This document shows positions 32,266-42,429 of a DNA stretch of 64,000 nt, piece after piece; the first letter of the stretch is position 1, and each line of letters opens with the position of its first letter. The DNA comes from Alphaproteobacteria bacterium (lineage in GTDB: Bacteria; Pseudomonadota; Alphaproteobacteria; UBA828). The stretch covers positions 96,001 through 160,000 of the forward strand of contig CBDCQT010000012.1 in NCBI GenBank assembly GCA_965220745.1, in the 5' to 3' direction. The notes below the pieces were generated by a model. The model saw nothing but the letters and a program-made list of their open reading frames with translations, made no database searches and had not been told where the DNA came from. The translations under genes and the position numbers were made by a program.

Positions 32266-33195
32266 CTAGAACTCGACCGTGAACTGAGCGGTCGCCAAGT
32301 CCGTGCTGTCACCGCCATAGTCTTCATCGCGCCTCCACTCGAAGGCCACGGACGTGTTATCGGTGATGCCGGCGGAGAGGCCGACGATCATGCGGGACTC
32401 TGGAAGTTCGATGCCGGAGGCTTCGCGAGTGCTCTGGTAGCCGATGGCCGCAACCGCATCGCTCCCGAGAATGTTCTGGAGGGAGTAGCTCAGTTCGACC
32501 ATAAGCGCTGAGGGTTGCATCCCGTCCATGAGTTCCTCGAGCGCCCCCACATGCTCTACCAGCACCGTGGCATCGCCGAGGTTCCCGCCGGCGCTGGCGC
32601 TGAAACCAGGCGCTTCCGAGAGTTCCCAGACATCGCTGATGTATCCCACATTCACGGAGAACCCGCTGGCGGCGCCCTCGACGGCGTAGCTGATCGAAGT
32701 GCCGTAGCCGCTGATGCGGTCATCGCGCTCTTCGCCGGTATCCCGCTGATAGGCATAGACGGCGCCATGGAGGGCGTCGGCCGATCCCTCGACTACCACC
32801 GCCGGATCGAGTTTCTCGCCGAGATCGAGGGTGAGCGGGTCCGAGATCATGTTGGTCTCGAACACGCCGAACGGCAGGTAGAGCAGACCACCTGTGATCG
32901 ACACGTCGCCCGGCAGGGCTGCCGTCACGAAAGCATCGTCAACCTCGATATCCCCTTCGTCGCCGTCACGCTTGAGGGTGCCCTCGGCAGTGATGCCTTC
33001 GTCGATTTCTACCGAGACGCCGAGTTCGAAGTCCTTGAGGTAGAGGCGCTGGGTGGTGTCCCCGCCGCTAGGGCTCTCCGAATAGGCCCTGACCTTGATC
33101 TTGCCACCGATGTCGATGGCGTCCTCTGCTTGAACAGCCGCCGGCGCGATCAGCGCCACCGCACCAGCCAGCGCCGCCAGTCCTGTGATTTTCAT
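32266..33195 (-). CDS. Outer-membrane beta-barrel protein (LbtU/porin-like)
   Basis: Signal peptide, G..YLPFG.FETNMISDPLT..LGE motif, C-terminal aromatic residue (VEF). Confidence 0.7.
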   Translation of the reverse strand: MKITGLAALAGAVALIAPAAVQAEDAIDIGGKIKVRAYSESPSGGDTTQRLYLKDFELGVSVEIDEGITAEGTLKRDGDEGDIEVDDAFVTAALPGDVSITGGLLYLPFGVFETNMISDPLTLDLGEKLDPAVVVEGSADALHGAVYAYQRDTGEERDDRISGYGTSISYAVEGAASGFSVNVGYISDVWELSEAPGFSASAGGNLGDATVLVEHVGALEELMDGMQPSALMVELSYSLQNILGSDAVAAIGYQSTREASGIELPESRMIVGLSAGITDNTSVAFEWRRDEDYGGDSTDLATAQFTVEF

Positions 33196-33273
33196 CGTTT
33201 TCTCCCGTTGAAGGTCATGCGGTGGATCACGTCGTGGCCGTCGATCCACCGGTGCTTGTAAGACGTGAAAGGA

Positions 33274-33292
33274 AACGTTATAACATTACTTC
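33274..33292. promoter_or_regulatory. Putative Zur box
   Basis: AACGTTATAACATTACTTC, an AT-rich imperfect palindrome between divergent porin and zinc-binding protein genes. Confidence 0.65.
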
Positions 33293-33500
33293 TCTGCCTC
33301 GCAAGGTGAGACAGGCGATGACGAAACCGTTGGCCCGACCCTGGCCCTGCACCGATCTGGATTGCCGCGGGCGGCACTCGGCACGCTGATGGTGGTGTCG
33401 CGGGCCTCGCCTACGCGCTGTCTCTGGTCTTCGGACCGGTGGGCGGTCTCGCCGGGCGGGCCTTCCCGCGCCGCCATCTCGAAGCCTGAAAGGAGTATCA

Positions 33501-34589
33501 ATGCTCACCCGCAGAACGCTTCTGACATCCGCCACCACCCTCTTCGCCCTGTCGCTCGCCGCTCCGGCCATCGCAGAGGCCGACAAGCCGACCCCGGTGG
33601 TCGCCACCTTCTCGATCCTCGGCGACATGGTGAAGCGGATCGGCGGCGAGCACGTCGCTCTCACGACGCTCGTCGGCCCCGACGGGGATACGCATGTCTA
33701 CCAGCCGACCCCCGCCGATGCGCGGGCCCTCAGCGAAGCGAGGATCCTTGTCGTCAACGGGCTGCAGTTCGAGGGCTGGCTGGACCGGCTGATCGACGCT
33801 TCGGATTTCGATGGCATGCGCGTGGTGGCGACCGGCGGGATCGAGCCGATCGCGTTCGACGACGACCACGACGATGACCACGATGACCATGCCGAGGCCG
33901 ATCATGATGATGACCACGGCCACGAAGAGCATGCCGAGACAGCGATGCACGATCATGACGACGAGCACGAGGAGCATGCCGAGACAGCGATGCACGATCA
34001 TGACGACGACCACGATGACGAGGCGCATGCCGAGGCAGGCCACGACCACCATGACCATGGCGCTTTCGACCCGCACGGCTGGCAGAGCCTCGGCAACGCC
34101 GTAGCCTATGTCGACAACATCACTGCCGCTCTGGCTCAGGCCGATCCGGCGAACGCGGCCGACTTCTACCAAAGCCGCGCAGCTTATGTCGCCGAGATCG
34201 AGGCGCTCGATGCAGAGATCCGCGAGATCATGGCAGCCCTGTCGGCCGATCGCCGCATCGTCGTCACCTCGCACGACGCGTTCCAGTATTTCGGCGGCGA
34301 TTATGGGCTGACCTTCATCGCGCCGCAGGGGCTCAGCACCGAGTCGGAGGCATCCGCAAAGGATGTCGCCCGCCTCATCCAACAGATCCGTGAGCGGGGC
34401 ATTGGTGCCGTCTTCATCGAGAACATTGGCGATGCGCGCCTCCTGAGGCAGATCGCCGACGAGACGGGAGCCGTCATCGGCGGCACGCTCTATCCCGGTG
34501 CGCTGTCCGGCCCGGACGGCCCGGCACCGACCTACCTCGACATGATGCGGCACAACGCGATGACGCTCGCGCAGGCGCTGGCTCCGTAA
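33501..34589 (+). CDS. znuA: Zinc ABC transporter substrate-binding protein with His/Asp-rich loop
   Basis: VVATFSILGD, D.H.YQP, DPH.W and SHDAF.YF motifs; twin-arginine-like signal. Confidence 0.88.
   Translation: MLTRRTLLTSATTLFALSLAAPAIAEADKPTPVVATFSILGDMVKRIGGEHVALTTLVGPDGDTHVYQPTPADARALSEARILVVNGLQFEGWLDRLIDASDFDGMRVVATGGIEPIAFDDDHDDDHDDHAEADHDDDHGHEEHAETAMHDHDDEHEEHAETAMHDHDDDHDDEAHAEAGHDHHDHGAFDPHGWQSLGNAVAYVDNITAALAQADPANAADFYQSRAAYVAEIEALDAEIREIMAALSADRRIVVTSHDAFQYFGGDYGLTFIAPQGLSTESEASAKDVARLIQQIRERGIGAVFIENIGDARLLRQIADETGAVIGGTLYPGALSGPDGPAPTYLDMMRHNAMTLAQALAP
33921..34010 (+). repeat. 45-bp tandem duplication in the His-rich loop
   Basis: HEEHAETAMHDHDD(E/D) encoded twice. Confidence 0.9.
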
Positions 34590-34764
34590 GGCTGGGCGCA
34601 GCCTTCGAAAGCCGGGACGCCGGACTTCCAGGGACGAGAGGGACAGGTCGGCACACCACGCATGAGGTCGTGTCCCGAACAGCGCTTTCAGCCAGCATCT
34701 ACGAACGGAATAGAGGCCGCTGGGTGCGACCGAACGGCTTCAAAGATTGAAGGAGACGGAATCC

Positions 34765-35721
34765 ATGAACCAGATCCCCGTTACCGTTCTGACCGGCTAT
34801 CTCGGCGCCGGCAAGACAACGCTCCTGAACCGCATCCTGACCGAGGAGCACGGCAAGAAATACGCCGTGGTCGTCAACGAGTTCGGCGAAATCGGCATCG
34901 ACAACGACCTCGTGGTCAACGCCGACGAGGAAGTGTTCGAGATGAACAACGGTTGCATCTGCTGCACCGTACGCGGGGATCTGATTCGCATCCTTGGCGG
35001 TTTGATGAAACGGCAAGACGGCTTCGATGGAATCCTCATCGAGACCACGGGCCTTGCCGATCCCGCGCCCGTCGCCCAGACCTTCTTCGTGGACGAAGAC
35101 GTTCGGCGACGGACCTGGCTCGATTCGATCGTAACGGTGGTCGACGCCCGCCATGTCGTCCGGCGGCTGGAAGACAGCCATGAGGCGCTGGAACAGATTG
35201 CCTTTGCCGACGTCATCCTTCTCAACAAGACGGATCTTGTGCCGGCCGATGAGCTGGCGCAGGTGGAAACGCGCATCCGTTCGATCAATGCGACGGCGGT
35301 TATCCATCGCACGCAGCGATGCGAGGTGGGTCTCGACACGGTTCTGGGGCGCCGAGCTTTCGATCTTGATCGCATCCTGGCGATCGAGCCGGACTTTCTT
35401 TCGGAAGACGACCATGAACACGACGATGCCGTGAAGAGCGTCTGCCTGCGCACCGACCGGCCCTTGGACGGAACCCGCCTCACAGGGTGGTTGCAGCGCC
35501 TACTCGCCGAGCGTGGTCAAGACTTTCTGCGAACCAAAGGGATCCTGTCGATCGCCGGTCAGGACAAGCAGTTTGTCGTCCAGGCGGTCCATATGCTGAT
35601 GGAAGGTAATTTCACGAAGCCGTGGAGCCCTAACGAGAAACGAGAGAGTCGCTTGGTCTTCATCGGACGAAACATCGATGAGCTGGAGCTTCGACAGCAG
35701 TTCGACGCCTGCACCGCATGA
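34765..35721 (+). CDS. COG0523/CobW-family metallochaperone GTPase
   Basis: GYLGAGKTT, NEFG, GCICCT, ETTG, NKTD, R.KG and LVFIG motifs. Confidence 0.92.
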   Translation: MNQIPVTVLTGYLGAGKTTLLNRILTEEHGKKYAVVVNEFGEIGIDNDLVVNADEEVFEMNNGCICCTVRGDLIRILGGLMKRQDGFDGILIETTGLADPAPVAQTFFVDEDVRRRTWLDSIVTVVDARHVVRRLEDSHEALEQIAFADVILLNKTDLVPADELAQVETRIRSINATAVIHRTQRCEVGLDTVLGRRAFDLDRILAIEPDFLSEDDHEHDDAVKSVCLRTDRPLDGTRLTGWLQRLLAERGQDFLRTKGILSIAGQDKQFVVQAVHMLMEGNFTKPWSPNEKRESRLVFIGRNIDELELRQQFDACTA

Positions 35722-36773
35722 GCTTGTCCGCTGAGCTGGACAAGACGTCGCTGCTCGATCGCATCGGCACCGGCCGCTCGCTCGACGCTTATGTGGTAGG
35801 CGTCGCGTTCCTTGAGGAGGGACTGCTCGCGGCTGCACTCGGGGACGGTCGGGTCGCGTTCATCGACAGCGAGAGCACGAATCCTCCGTCCTTCGTTTCG
35901 GTGCATGACGGGGCTTGTCTTGCGCTGGCCGTCGACTTGGGGCAGCAGCGCGTTCTGACAGGCGGAGACGATGCTCGGCTGGTGAGCACCGATACCGACG
36001 GCGAGACCACCGAAATCGCAGCCATTGCGGGGCGATGGGTCGAGCCGATTGCCGTGAGCAAGGCATCCGGACTATGCGCTGCGGTCTTCGGCAAGACAGT
36101 TTCCCTTTTCGCGCAAGATGGAAGAGCGCTTGGAACGTTCGATCATGCAAACACAGTCGGCGGTCTGGCATTCGACCCGAAAGGGCGGCGGATCGCCGCC
36201 GCGCACTATGGTGGAGTCAGCCTCTGGTGGGCGAAGGTCAGCACGCAGGAACCTAAACGACTTAGCTGGTCGGGCTCGCACCTTAGTCTGACCTGGAGCC
36301 CGGACGGGAAATACATCGTCACCGCAATGCAGGAGAACTTGCTGCACGGCTGGCGTGTCTCCGACAGCACCGATATGCAGATGCCTGGCTACCCGACGAA
36401 GGTCAAGTCGATGAGCTGGCTGCCGAAGGGAAGGTATCTGGCGACCGGCGGCGCGGAGTCCGTGGTTTGTTGGCCATTCCACGGCAAGGGCGGCCCACTG
36501 GGCAAGGCGGCGCTCGACATCGGGTGGGGCTTCGAGGGTGTGGTGACGGTGGTGGCTGCCCACCCCCGGCATGACGTGGTCGCCGCCGGATACGAGGACG
36601 GTGCCACCATCCTCGTGCAGATCGACCGCGATCATCCGGTTGTGGTCAAGCGACCCGGCAAGGGCGCTGTGACCGCGCTCGCATGGTCGGCGGATGGACA
36701 GCATCTCGCACTCGGTACCGAGAGCGGCTTTGTCGGTCGAATTAGCCTTTCCGACTGGCGGACTCCATCATGA
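35718..36773 (+). CDS. WD40-repeat protein
   Basis: TGGDD, WSPDG and WSADG blades; ATGA overlap with COG0523 gene. Confidence 0.85.
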   Translation: MSLSAELDKTSLLDRIGTGRSLDAYVVGVAFLEEGLLAAALGDGRVAFIDSESTNPPSFVSVHDGACLALAVDLGQQRVLTGGDDARLVSTDTDGETTEIAAIAGRWVEPIAVSKASGLCAAVFGKTVSLFAQDGRALGTFDHANTVGGLAFDPKGRRIAAAHYGGVSLWWAKVSTQEPKRLSWSGSHLSLTWSPDGKYIVTAMQENLLHGWRVSDSTDMQMPGYPTKVKSMSWLPKGRYLATGGAESVVCWPFHGKGGPLGKAALDIGWGFEGVVTVVAAHPRHDVVAAGYEDGATILVQIDRDHPVVVKRPGKGAVTALAWSADGQHLALGTESGFVGRISLSDWRTPS

Positions 36774-36806
36774 GCGCGAACAGGGAATTCCAATCGAGGT
36801 TCTTCC

Positions 36807-37016
36807 ATGAGACGGGGGGCAAGACGCGCACAATCCCCATGCATCGACGTCTGCCGACTCGACGCGAAGACGGGGTGGTGCCTGGGCTGTGGCAGGACCG
36901 CCGCCGAGATCGGAGACTGGCTCAAGCTCACACCGTTCCGCCGAGGCCGGCTTGAACGGGAACTCGCACGGCGCCTGGTGAAGCTCGGACAGCGCGCGCC
37001 ATTGGAAAGCGAATGA
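36807..37016 (+). CDS. DUF1289-like small Cys-rich protein
   Basis: SPCIDVC.LD...G.C.GC.RT..EI..W. Confidence 0.8.
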   Translation: MRRGARRAQSPCIDVCRLDAKTGWCLGCGRTAAEIGDWLKLTPFRRGRLERELARRLVKLGQRAPLESE

Positions 37017-37044
37017 AACGGTCGGCGATCACTATTCACGATCC

Positions 37045-37745
37045 ATGAACCAAGCTGCCGCTGACCATCTGGTTCGCGGCCATCCACCTGATCGTCACGG
37101 CGAAGAACGGTGTCTCGTCGGTCGAGTTGGCCCGCCGTCTCGGCGTCAAGCAGTCGACGGCCTGGACCATGAAGCACAAGATCATGGCGGTGATGACGCA
37201 CCGCGAAGGAGAGGCGCCGCTCTCGGGTCGGGCGGAGATTGTCGCGGTGCCGAGGATCTCGGCGCCGGTGGGTTGCCTGTTGTCGTCGCGGCAGATGAAG
37301 ACGGCGTTGAGCCTGTCATCGGCGTAGAGCAGTCCGCGGCTGTGGCAGGCTTCGAGCAGATGGTCGAGGGAGCCGGCCATGTCCTCGGGTTCGGCGGCGT
37401 CCATGACGAGGTGCTGGCGGACGCGCGAGGCGATAGGCTGCAGGTCCTGCCTTCGCAGCCTGTCGTTCAGGCGGTTGTCGCCGACGAAGACGACCGAGAG
37501 AATGGCGCGGGAGTCGAAGTCGGTGGACGCAAGGAGGCGGATCTCGGCGAACACCGAGGGCAGCAGTTCCTGTGCCTCATCGATGAGCAAGAGCGGGTGC
37601 ATGCGGGTGTCTTCGAGATGGGCGAACCAGCGCCGGCGGAACATCTTGAAGCCGCCCCAGCTGCTGTGCGGCAGCAGAGAGATGCCGAAGGTCTCGCCCA
37701 TCTCGCGGTAGAAGTCAGAGAGTCTGGAGGAGGGGTGGGTGCCCT
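37045..37745. pseudogene. Mobile-element debris: IS1595-like fragment (+) and ExeA-like AAA ATPase fragment (-)
   Basis: KLPL..WF.AI.L....KNGVSS.EL.RRLGV.Q.TAW.M.HKI; LLIDEAQE...EIRLL. Confidence 0.65.
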
Positions 37746-37856
37746 GGAACTCCGATCCCGACGCTAGAACTGACTGACCACGCCACTCAAACCGCCCCCC
37801 TGAAAGTGGCTGTCAACTCAAATCCACATAAAAGCGCTCAATGACGGTCTTGCAAC

Positions 37857-38888
37857 TCAGTCGGGCTTGCGGGCAAGGAAACAATAGAGCGGTGTGAATA
37901 TGCCCGTTTTGCCGCCCGCGACATAGGCGTTCGCCGTGCGGTCCATCAGTTGGACAACGGCCGCTGAACCATTGGGAAAGAGCCGGAACACCTCCGCCAT
38001 CCGCAGACCCGCGAATATCGCCCTGCGACCCAAGGGCGTCCTGCGAAAAGCGTTGCCCAATGTCCCGCTCCGGCCTTCCATTGGCCGATGCCACGGTATG
38101 CCCTGGCCTTCCCTGTCGTCCCTGTTCGCTGCTTCGATGACGTCGAAGCCCGCAGCCTCAAGCGCGCGATTCACCTCCGAGAACGTGGCGATCTCTTTCA
38201 GGGCAATTCCCCGCTTGAGTTCATCCTTGATAGTGCGGTGACGGCTGTCGCTGGGGTCAAACTTTTCCGTCATGCACATCTCCTGACCCCACAGCAGGGC
38301 TCCCGGTTTGAGCACACGATATATCTCCGCAAACGCGCGCTCCTTGTCCGGCGCGTGGCAGGTCGACTCGATGGCATAACCCGCATCGAACGAGTTGGCC
38401 TCAATCGCACTCATATCCATGAAGTTGCATTTGATATACTCCGCCATATCGTCGAGCCCCGTCTCGATATTCCTCCGCTTGGCCTGTTCCAACTGCTGTT
38501 CGTTATTGTTGAGGCCGACAACCCTGGTGCCGCCTTCGCGGATGACCCGCCGCATGGGACCGCCCACGCCGCAGCCGACATCGACAACCACCATGCCCTC
38601 TCGTAATTCCAGCTTCTCGATCATCAGACGCTGATGGCGAACGACCGAGTCCTCCAGAGATTCCTCGCGCGTCAATGGCGCGAAATGGAGGGACTCGCCC
38701 CACCCGAATTGCATGATTCCGCTGCACAGCTCGTAGTAATCGTTCACCGTCTCGGTGAAGTCATAATCGCCGTCATCGGCATCGGCCCGCTCCATTCTGT
38801 CGAACCGATCGCCGAAACGTGCTACACGACCTCTGACGTCCCGGACTTGGTAAAGGATCCGCAGGTATCTGGACAAACTTGCTAACAT
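37857..38888 (-). CDS. Sterol 24-C-methyltransferase-like SAM-dependent methyltransferase (ERG6/SMT family)
   Basis: VN.YY...GWGESLHFAP, DVGCGVGGP, AIESTCHAP, EIYRVLKPG and C-terminal GG..GIFTP.Y.FLARKP. Confidence 0.85.
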   Translation of the reverse strand: MLASLSRYLRILYQVRDVRGRVARFGDRFDRMERADADDGDYDFTETVNDYYELCSGIMQFGWGESLHFAPLTREESLEDSVVRHQRLMIEKLELREGMVVVDVGCGVGGPMRRVIREGGTRVVGLNNNEQQLEQAKRRNIETGLDDMAEYIKCNFMDMSAIEANSFDAGYAIESTCHAPDKERAFAEIYRVLKPGALLWGQEMCMTEKFDPSDSRHRTIKDELKRGIALKEIATFSEVNRALEAAGFDVIEAANRDDREGQGIPWHRPMEGRSGTLGNAFRRTPLGRRAIFAGLRMAEVFRLFPNGSAAVVQLMDRTANAYVAGGKTGIFTPLYCFLARKPD

Positions 38889-39325
38889 GTGCTGCCTCGT
38901 TTATTGTCCATCTCGCAGTTTAGCTCTTTGGTAGCGGATGGCAACGACGCCGGAAGCATTTGCTAGTCTTACGGCGGTTTGTCTCCACATCACAAGGGAG
39001 GGATCCAGGCGAGGGGAGGCGCCCTTCGCCGCCGGCACCGGGGAAAAAGACCAAGCGAAGCCGGTTGACGGCTGGTGCCGGGACCATCGACATGGCCCTG
39101 CTGTCGGGCTCATGCGCCGTTCATTTCGCTGACGAACTCAACGGTCGTTTCATTACACTAAAGGCGCCGAGCACGGGCCACTAGCAATGCAGGGGCCGTC
39201 GAGGCGACCCCAAAGACGTGACGGGTGGCGAAAACCGGGCTAAATTTCGCGCGACATGGTGAGAGGGGGCGCTTGTCTGGGAACGATCGGCCCCCATCTC
39301 AGCTCTTATGGGAGGCCTTGGCCCG

Positions 39326-41347
39326 ATGCCCGACTCGGCCGCTACGGCCCAAGAACTGCGTCTGCCCGAGGAGCTTATCCTGATGCTCCTCAACGAGCAG
39401 AACGGCTATTTCCACCAGGTCCCCGGCTGGAATCTGAACTGCGCGGTGGTGGGCGCGGTGCTCGCGGAACTCTCCCTGCTCTCGCGCATTGACACTGATC
39501 TCGATTCGCTGATCCTCGCCGATCCAGCGGAGACGGGCGATCCGGTGCTCGATCCCGTCCTAAAGGAAATCGCCGGGGAGTCCGTTCAACGGGACGCCGT
39601 GTACTGGATCGAACGGCTTGCCGGCAAGGCGGAATCGATCATCGACCACACCCTCGAGCGCTTGGTCGAGCTGAAGATCCTGGAGCATCACGACGGCGAT
39701 TTCTGGACGCTGGCCGCCGCGACGTGGCGCGAGGAGTTGTCCGGTGGTTCCCAGGAAGGCACCGTTGGCCAGTTCGTAAAAACGCGTGTCCTCAAGGCGC
39801 TCTTCACCGACGAGATTCCCGACCCCAGGGACATCATCGTCATCTGCCTCGTCAATACGTGCGACGTCTTTCGCTTCATGTTCGAAATCGACGACGAGAC
39901 CCAAGAGCGGATCGATTTCATTTGCCGGATGGATCTGATCGGCCGTTCCATCGCCGCCGCGGTCGAGCACAACATCTCCAGCCCGTCGCTGCGGCCTTCC
40001 GCGCTGACTAAGAAAATACCCGTCGTCCCCCTGCACAAGCTCTTGCTGAACCCGCGTCTTCGGGGCGGCAACATCGCCGCCATTTTCGCGCACATCGCGG
40101 AAGAACACGGTCCGGTTTTCCAAATCCGTCCTCCGTTCCAGGAACCCACGACCTTCCTCGCCGGGCCCCAAGTCAACCGTTGGATACACCGGAACGGGCG
40201 CATGTATCTGCGGTCCAGGGACTATTTCACCGACATCGAGAAGGTTTATGGCGCGTCCGGGGTGATTGCCTCGCTCGACGGGGCCGACCATTTTCAACTG
40301 CGCAAGGCGATGCAGCCGGGCACTTCCCGCGGGAGGCTGGAGGATCGACTGCATGACCTCTACGGCCATGCCCGCGCGTTTATGGCGGACTGGAATGTGG
40401 GATCGTCGCTGCCGGCGACCAGCATGTGCCGACTGATGATCAACGCGCAGATATCCCCGCTGGTCATCAGCATTGATTCACAGGACTTCGTGGAGGACCT
40501 GATCAGATTCAAAGAGCGCGCGCTCACCACCCACGTGGCCAAAGTTCTGCCCAAGTTCATGCTGAACACCCCATCGATGAAACGTGCGTCAAGGGCCATC
40601 GACATCGGGGTACAGCGGATCCTGGGCCTCCACACGCCCGCCCAGCGGGTCGGTTGCCCCCGGGATCTCGCCGACGACCTGCTCAGCCTCCACGCCAGCG
40701 ACCCGCAGTTCCTGCCCGAATCGAACCTGGCCTTCGCTCTTTCGACGCCCATGCTGGCTAGCATGTATCTGGGAGACGCGTTCGGCTGCGCGCTCTACGC
40801 CATGGCGTCGCAGCCTACGCTCTACGAAAGGATCCGTGCCGAAGCCGACGCCCTCTTTGAGAACGGCGATCCGGATGCCAAGGACTTCGCCGACGAGTCC
40901 ATCGACGTTACGCGGCGCTTCATCTTGGAATGCCTGCGCATGTACCCCATCGTGCCCGCGTCCATCCGCAACGTCATGAATTCATGCGTTGTCGAGGGCC
41001 ACGAGCTGCCCGTGGGCGCGCGCATCGCCATCGCCTCGACGGCGCCGCATTACATGAGCGACGTCTTCCCGGACCCCTTCACATTCGACATCGACCGCTA
41101 TCTGCCGCCGCGCAACGAGCACCGCAGTCCCGGCTATGCGCCTTATGGGCTTGGCACCCACAAATGCCTCGGCTTCCGCTGGGTGGACCTGCAGCTGGCT
41201 GTCAACCTGCTGATGGTCGCACACTACTTCACGCTCAAGGTATCGCCCGCGAATTACAAGCTCCGGATCAGTCCGTTTCCGTCGCTGTCACCGAGCAAGA
41301 AGCTGAAGTTCCGCATTGCCGAGCAGGTGCGCGAGCTGCCCGCCTGA
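39326..41347 (+). CDS. GOLPH3/Vps74 (GPP34)-like domain fused to cytochrome P450
   Basis: N-term L.LPEEL.L.LL...GAVL.EL.L..RI...TGDP.LD..L; C-term ECLR (ExxR), FDIDRY, PYGLGTHKCLG heme motif. Confidence 0.8.
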   Translation: MPDSAATAQELRLPEELILMLLNEQNGYFHQVPGWNLNCAVVGAVLAELSLLSRIDTDLDSLILADPAETGDPVLDPVLKEIAGESVQRDAVYWIERLAGKAESIIDHTLERLVELKILEHHDGDFWTLAAATWREELSGGSQEGTVGQFVKTRVLKALFTDEIPDPRDIIVICLVNTCDVFRFMFEIDDETQERIDFICRMDLIGRSIAAAVEHNISSPSLRPSALTKKIPVVPLHKLLLNPRLRGGNIAAIFAHIAEEHGPVFQIRPPFQEPTTFLAGPQVNRWIHRNGRMYLRSRDYFTDIEKVYGASGVIASLDGADHFQLRKAMQPGTSRGRLEDRLHDLYGHARAFMADWNVGSSLPATSMCRLMINAQISPLVISIDSQDFVEDLIRFKERALTTHVAKVLPKFMLNTPSMKRASRAIDIGVQRILGLHTPAQRVGCPRDLADDLLSLHASDPQFLPESNLAFALSTPMLASMYLGDAFGCALYAMASQPTLYERIRAEADALFENGDPDAKDFADESIDVTRRFILECLRMYPIVPASIRNVMNSCVVEGHELPVGARIAIASTAPHYMSDVFPDPFTFDIDRYLPPRNEHRSPGYAPYGLGTHKCLGFRWVDLQLAVNLLMVAHYFTLKVSPANYKLRISPFPSLSPSKKLKFRIAEQVRELPA

Positions 41348-41349
41348 CT

Positions 41350-42165
41350 CTACCGCACACGCTTGAGCGCCGTCCGGGTGAAGTCGCCGAGGTCGAGGTC
41401 CGTGCCGAACTCGTAGTCCGACCAGTTCAGCACGGTGCTCTTGCCCGTGAGATGGTTGGTCATCGTTATCGTTCCGGCCCGCCAGAAGCGATCGAGATAG
41501 ACCTCGTAGTCCTCGATGACCATTGTCTTGAGATGCGCCTCCCTGCGATCGAAGAACTCGATCTGCTGGGTGCGAAGCTCCCCCCGGTCGAGCCAGACCA
41601 CCTGGCGGGAATACCCCGAATCCTCGCTGAGGGGGACGCGTTCCAGGACCGCGCATTCGAGATCGCCGCAGGGCTCGTCGCGCAGGTAGCGATGAGCGTA
41701 TTTCTCGACCTCGACGGCGCCCATGTCTTCGTAGGAGAACTCGCTGCCCATAAAGGAGCCGGACTGCTTCGAGGCGCTGATGCGCTTGACCCGCTTCAGG
41801 GCAGGAAGATAGAGCCACTGTTCGTCCGCGTCGTTCTTGTGGGCGTGGACGAGAAACGCAGTTCCCTTGACGTCGCGCGGGCGGTCGAACACGAACAAGG
41901 TGCGATCGCCGTCCTCCTCGACCTCGATGACCTTCAGGCGCAGTTCGCGCTTGCTTTCCTGCCCCCGCTTGTTGCGCAGGACCATGTTCAGGCTTGCGGT
42001 GAAGTTGCCGAAACCCTTCTGGCGTTCGCGGGCTTCGGTGGCGATCTCGAGCCCCGTTTCCTCGGCGCTCTGCGCGTGACCGACCGACGGCTCGTCCGCC
42101 CAGACGAAGGCGGCAAGAAGGATGGCGGACAACGCAAGCGCGGGGTGGGGGAGAGCGACACGCAT
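41350..42165 (-). CDS. Outer-membrane lipoprotein-sorting (LolA-like) protein
   Basis: Signal peptide, F..P.DVKGT.FL, QWLYLPALKRVKRI, FMGSEFSYED. Confidence 0.85.
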   Translation of the reverse strand: MRVALPHPALALSAILLAAFVWADEPSVGHAQSAEETGLEIATEARERQKGFGNFTASLNMVLRNKRGQESKRELRLKVIEVEEDGDRTLFVFDRPRDVKGTAFLVHAHKNDADEQWLYLPALKRVKRISASKQSGSFMGSEFSYEDMGAVEVEKYAHRYLRDEPCGDLECAVLERVPLSEDSGYSRQVVWLDRGELRTQQIEFFDRREAHLKTMVIEDYEVYLDRFWRAGTITMTNHLTGKSTVLNWSDYEFGTDLDLGDFTRTALKRVR

Positions 42166-42429
42166 CACCGTTTCCTCCTGTCGGCGGCCATCGGCGGAGC
42201 GGGGAAAGCGGGACATTGATGGCGGTATCCGGGCAGCGACCGGACCATGTCGTCTCGTTCACCTTCGCCGGAACTTATTCGCACATGGTAGCACGATTCC
42301 TGCCCTGCAAATGAAACCTCCGCTTGAGCGTGTCCGTCTTTGACGGACGCGCGACAGGCCGTGACCGCGGCCCGCCGCTGATGCGGCGCGCCCGCGCAGG
42401 CGCCGGCCACAGGCCGGCTGCCGTGAGCG

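Noticed and set aside
37036-37701. 221-aa ORF as an intact gene
   Set aside because: Chimera of an AAA ATPase fragment, another mobile fragment and the antisense of an IS1595 remnant.
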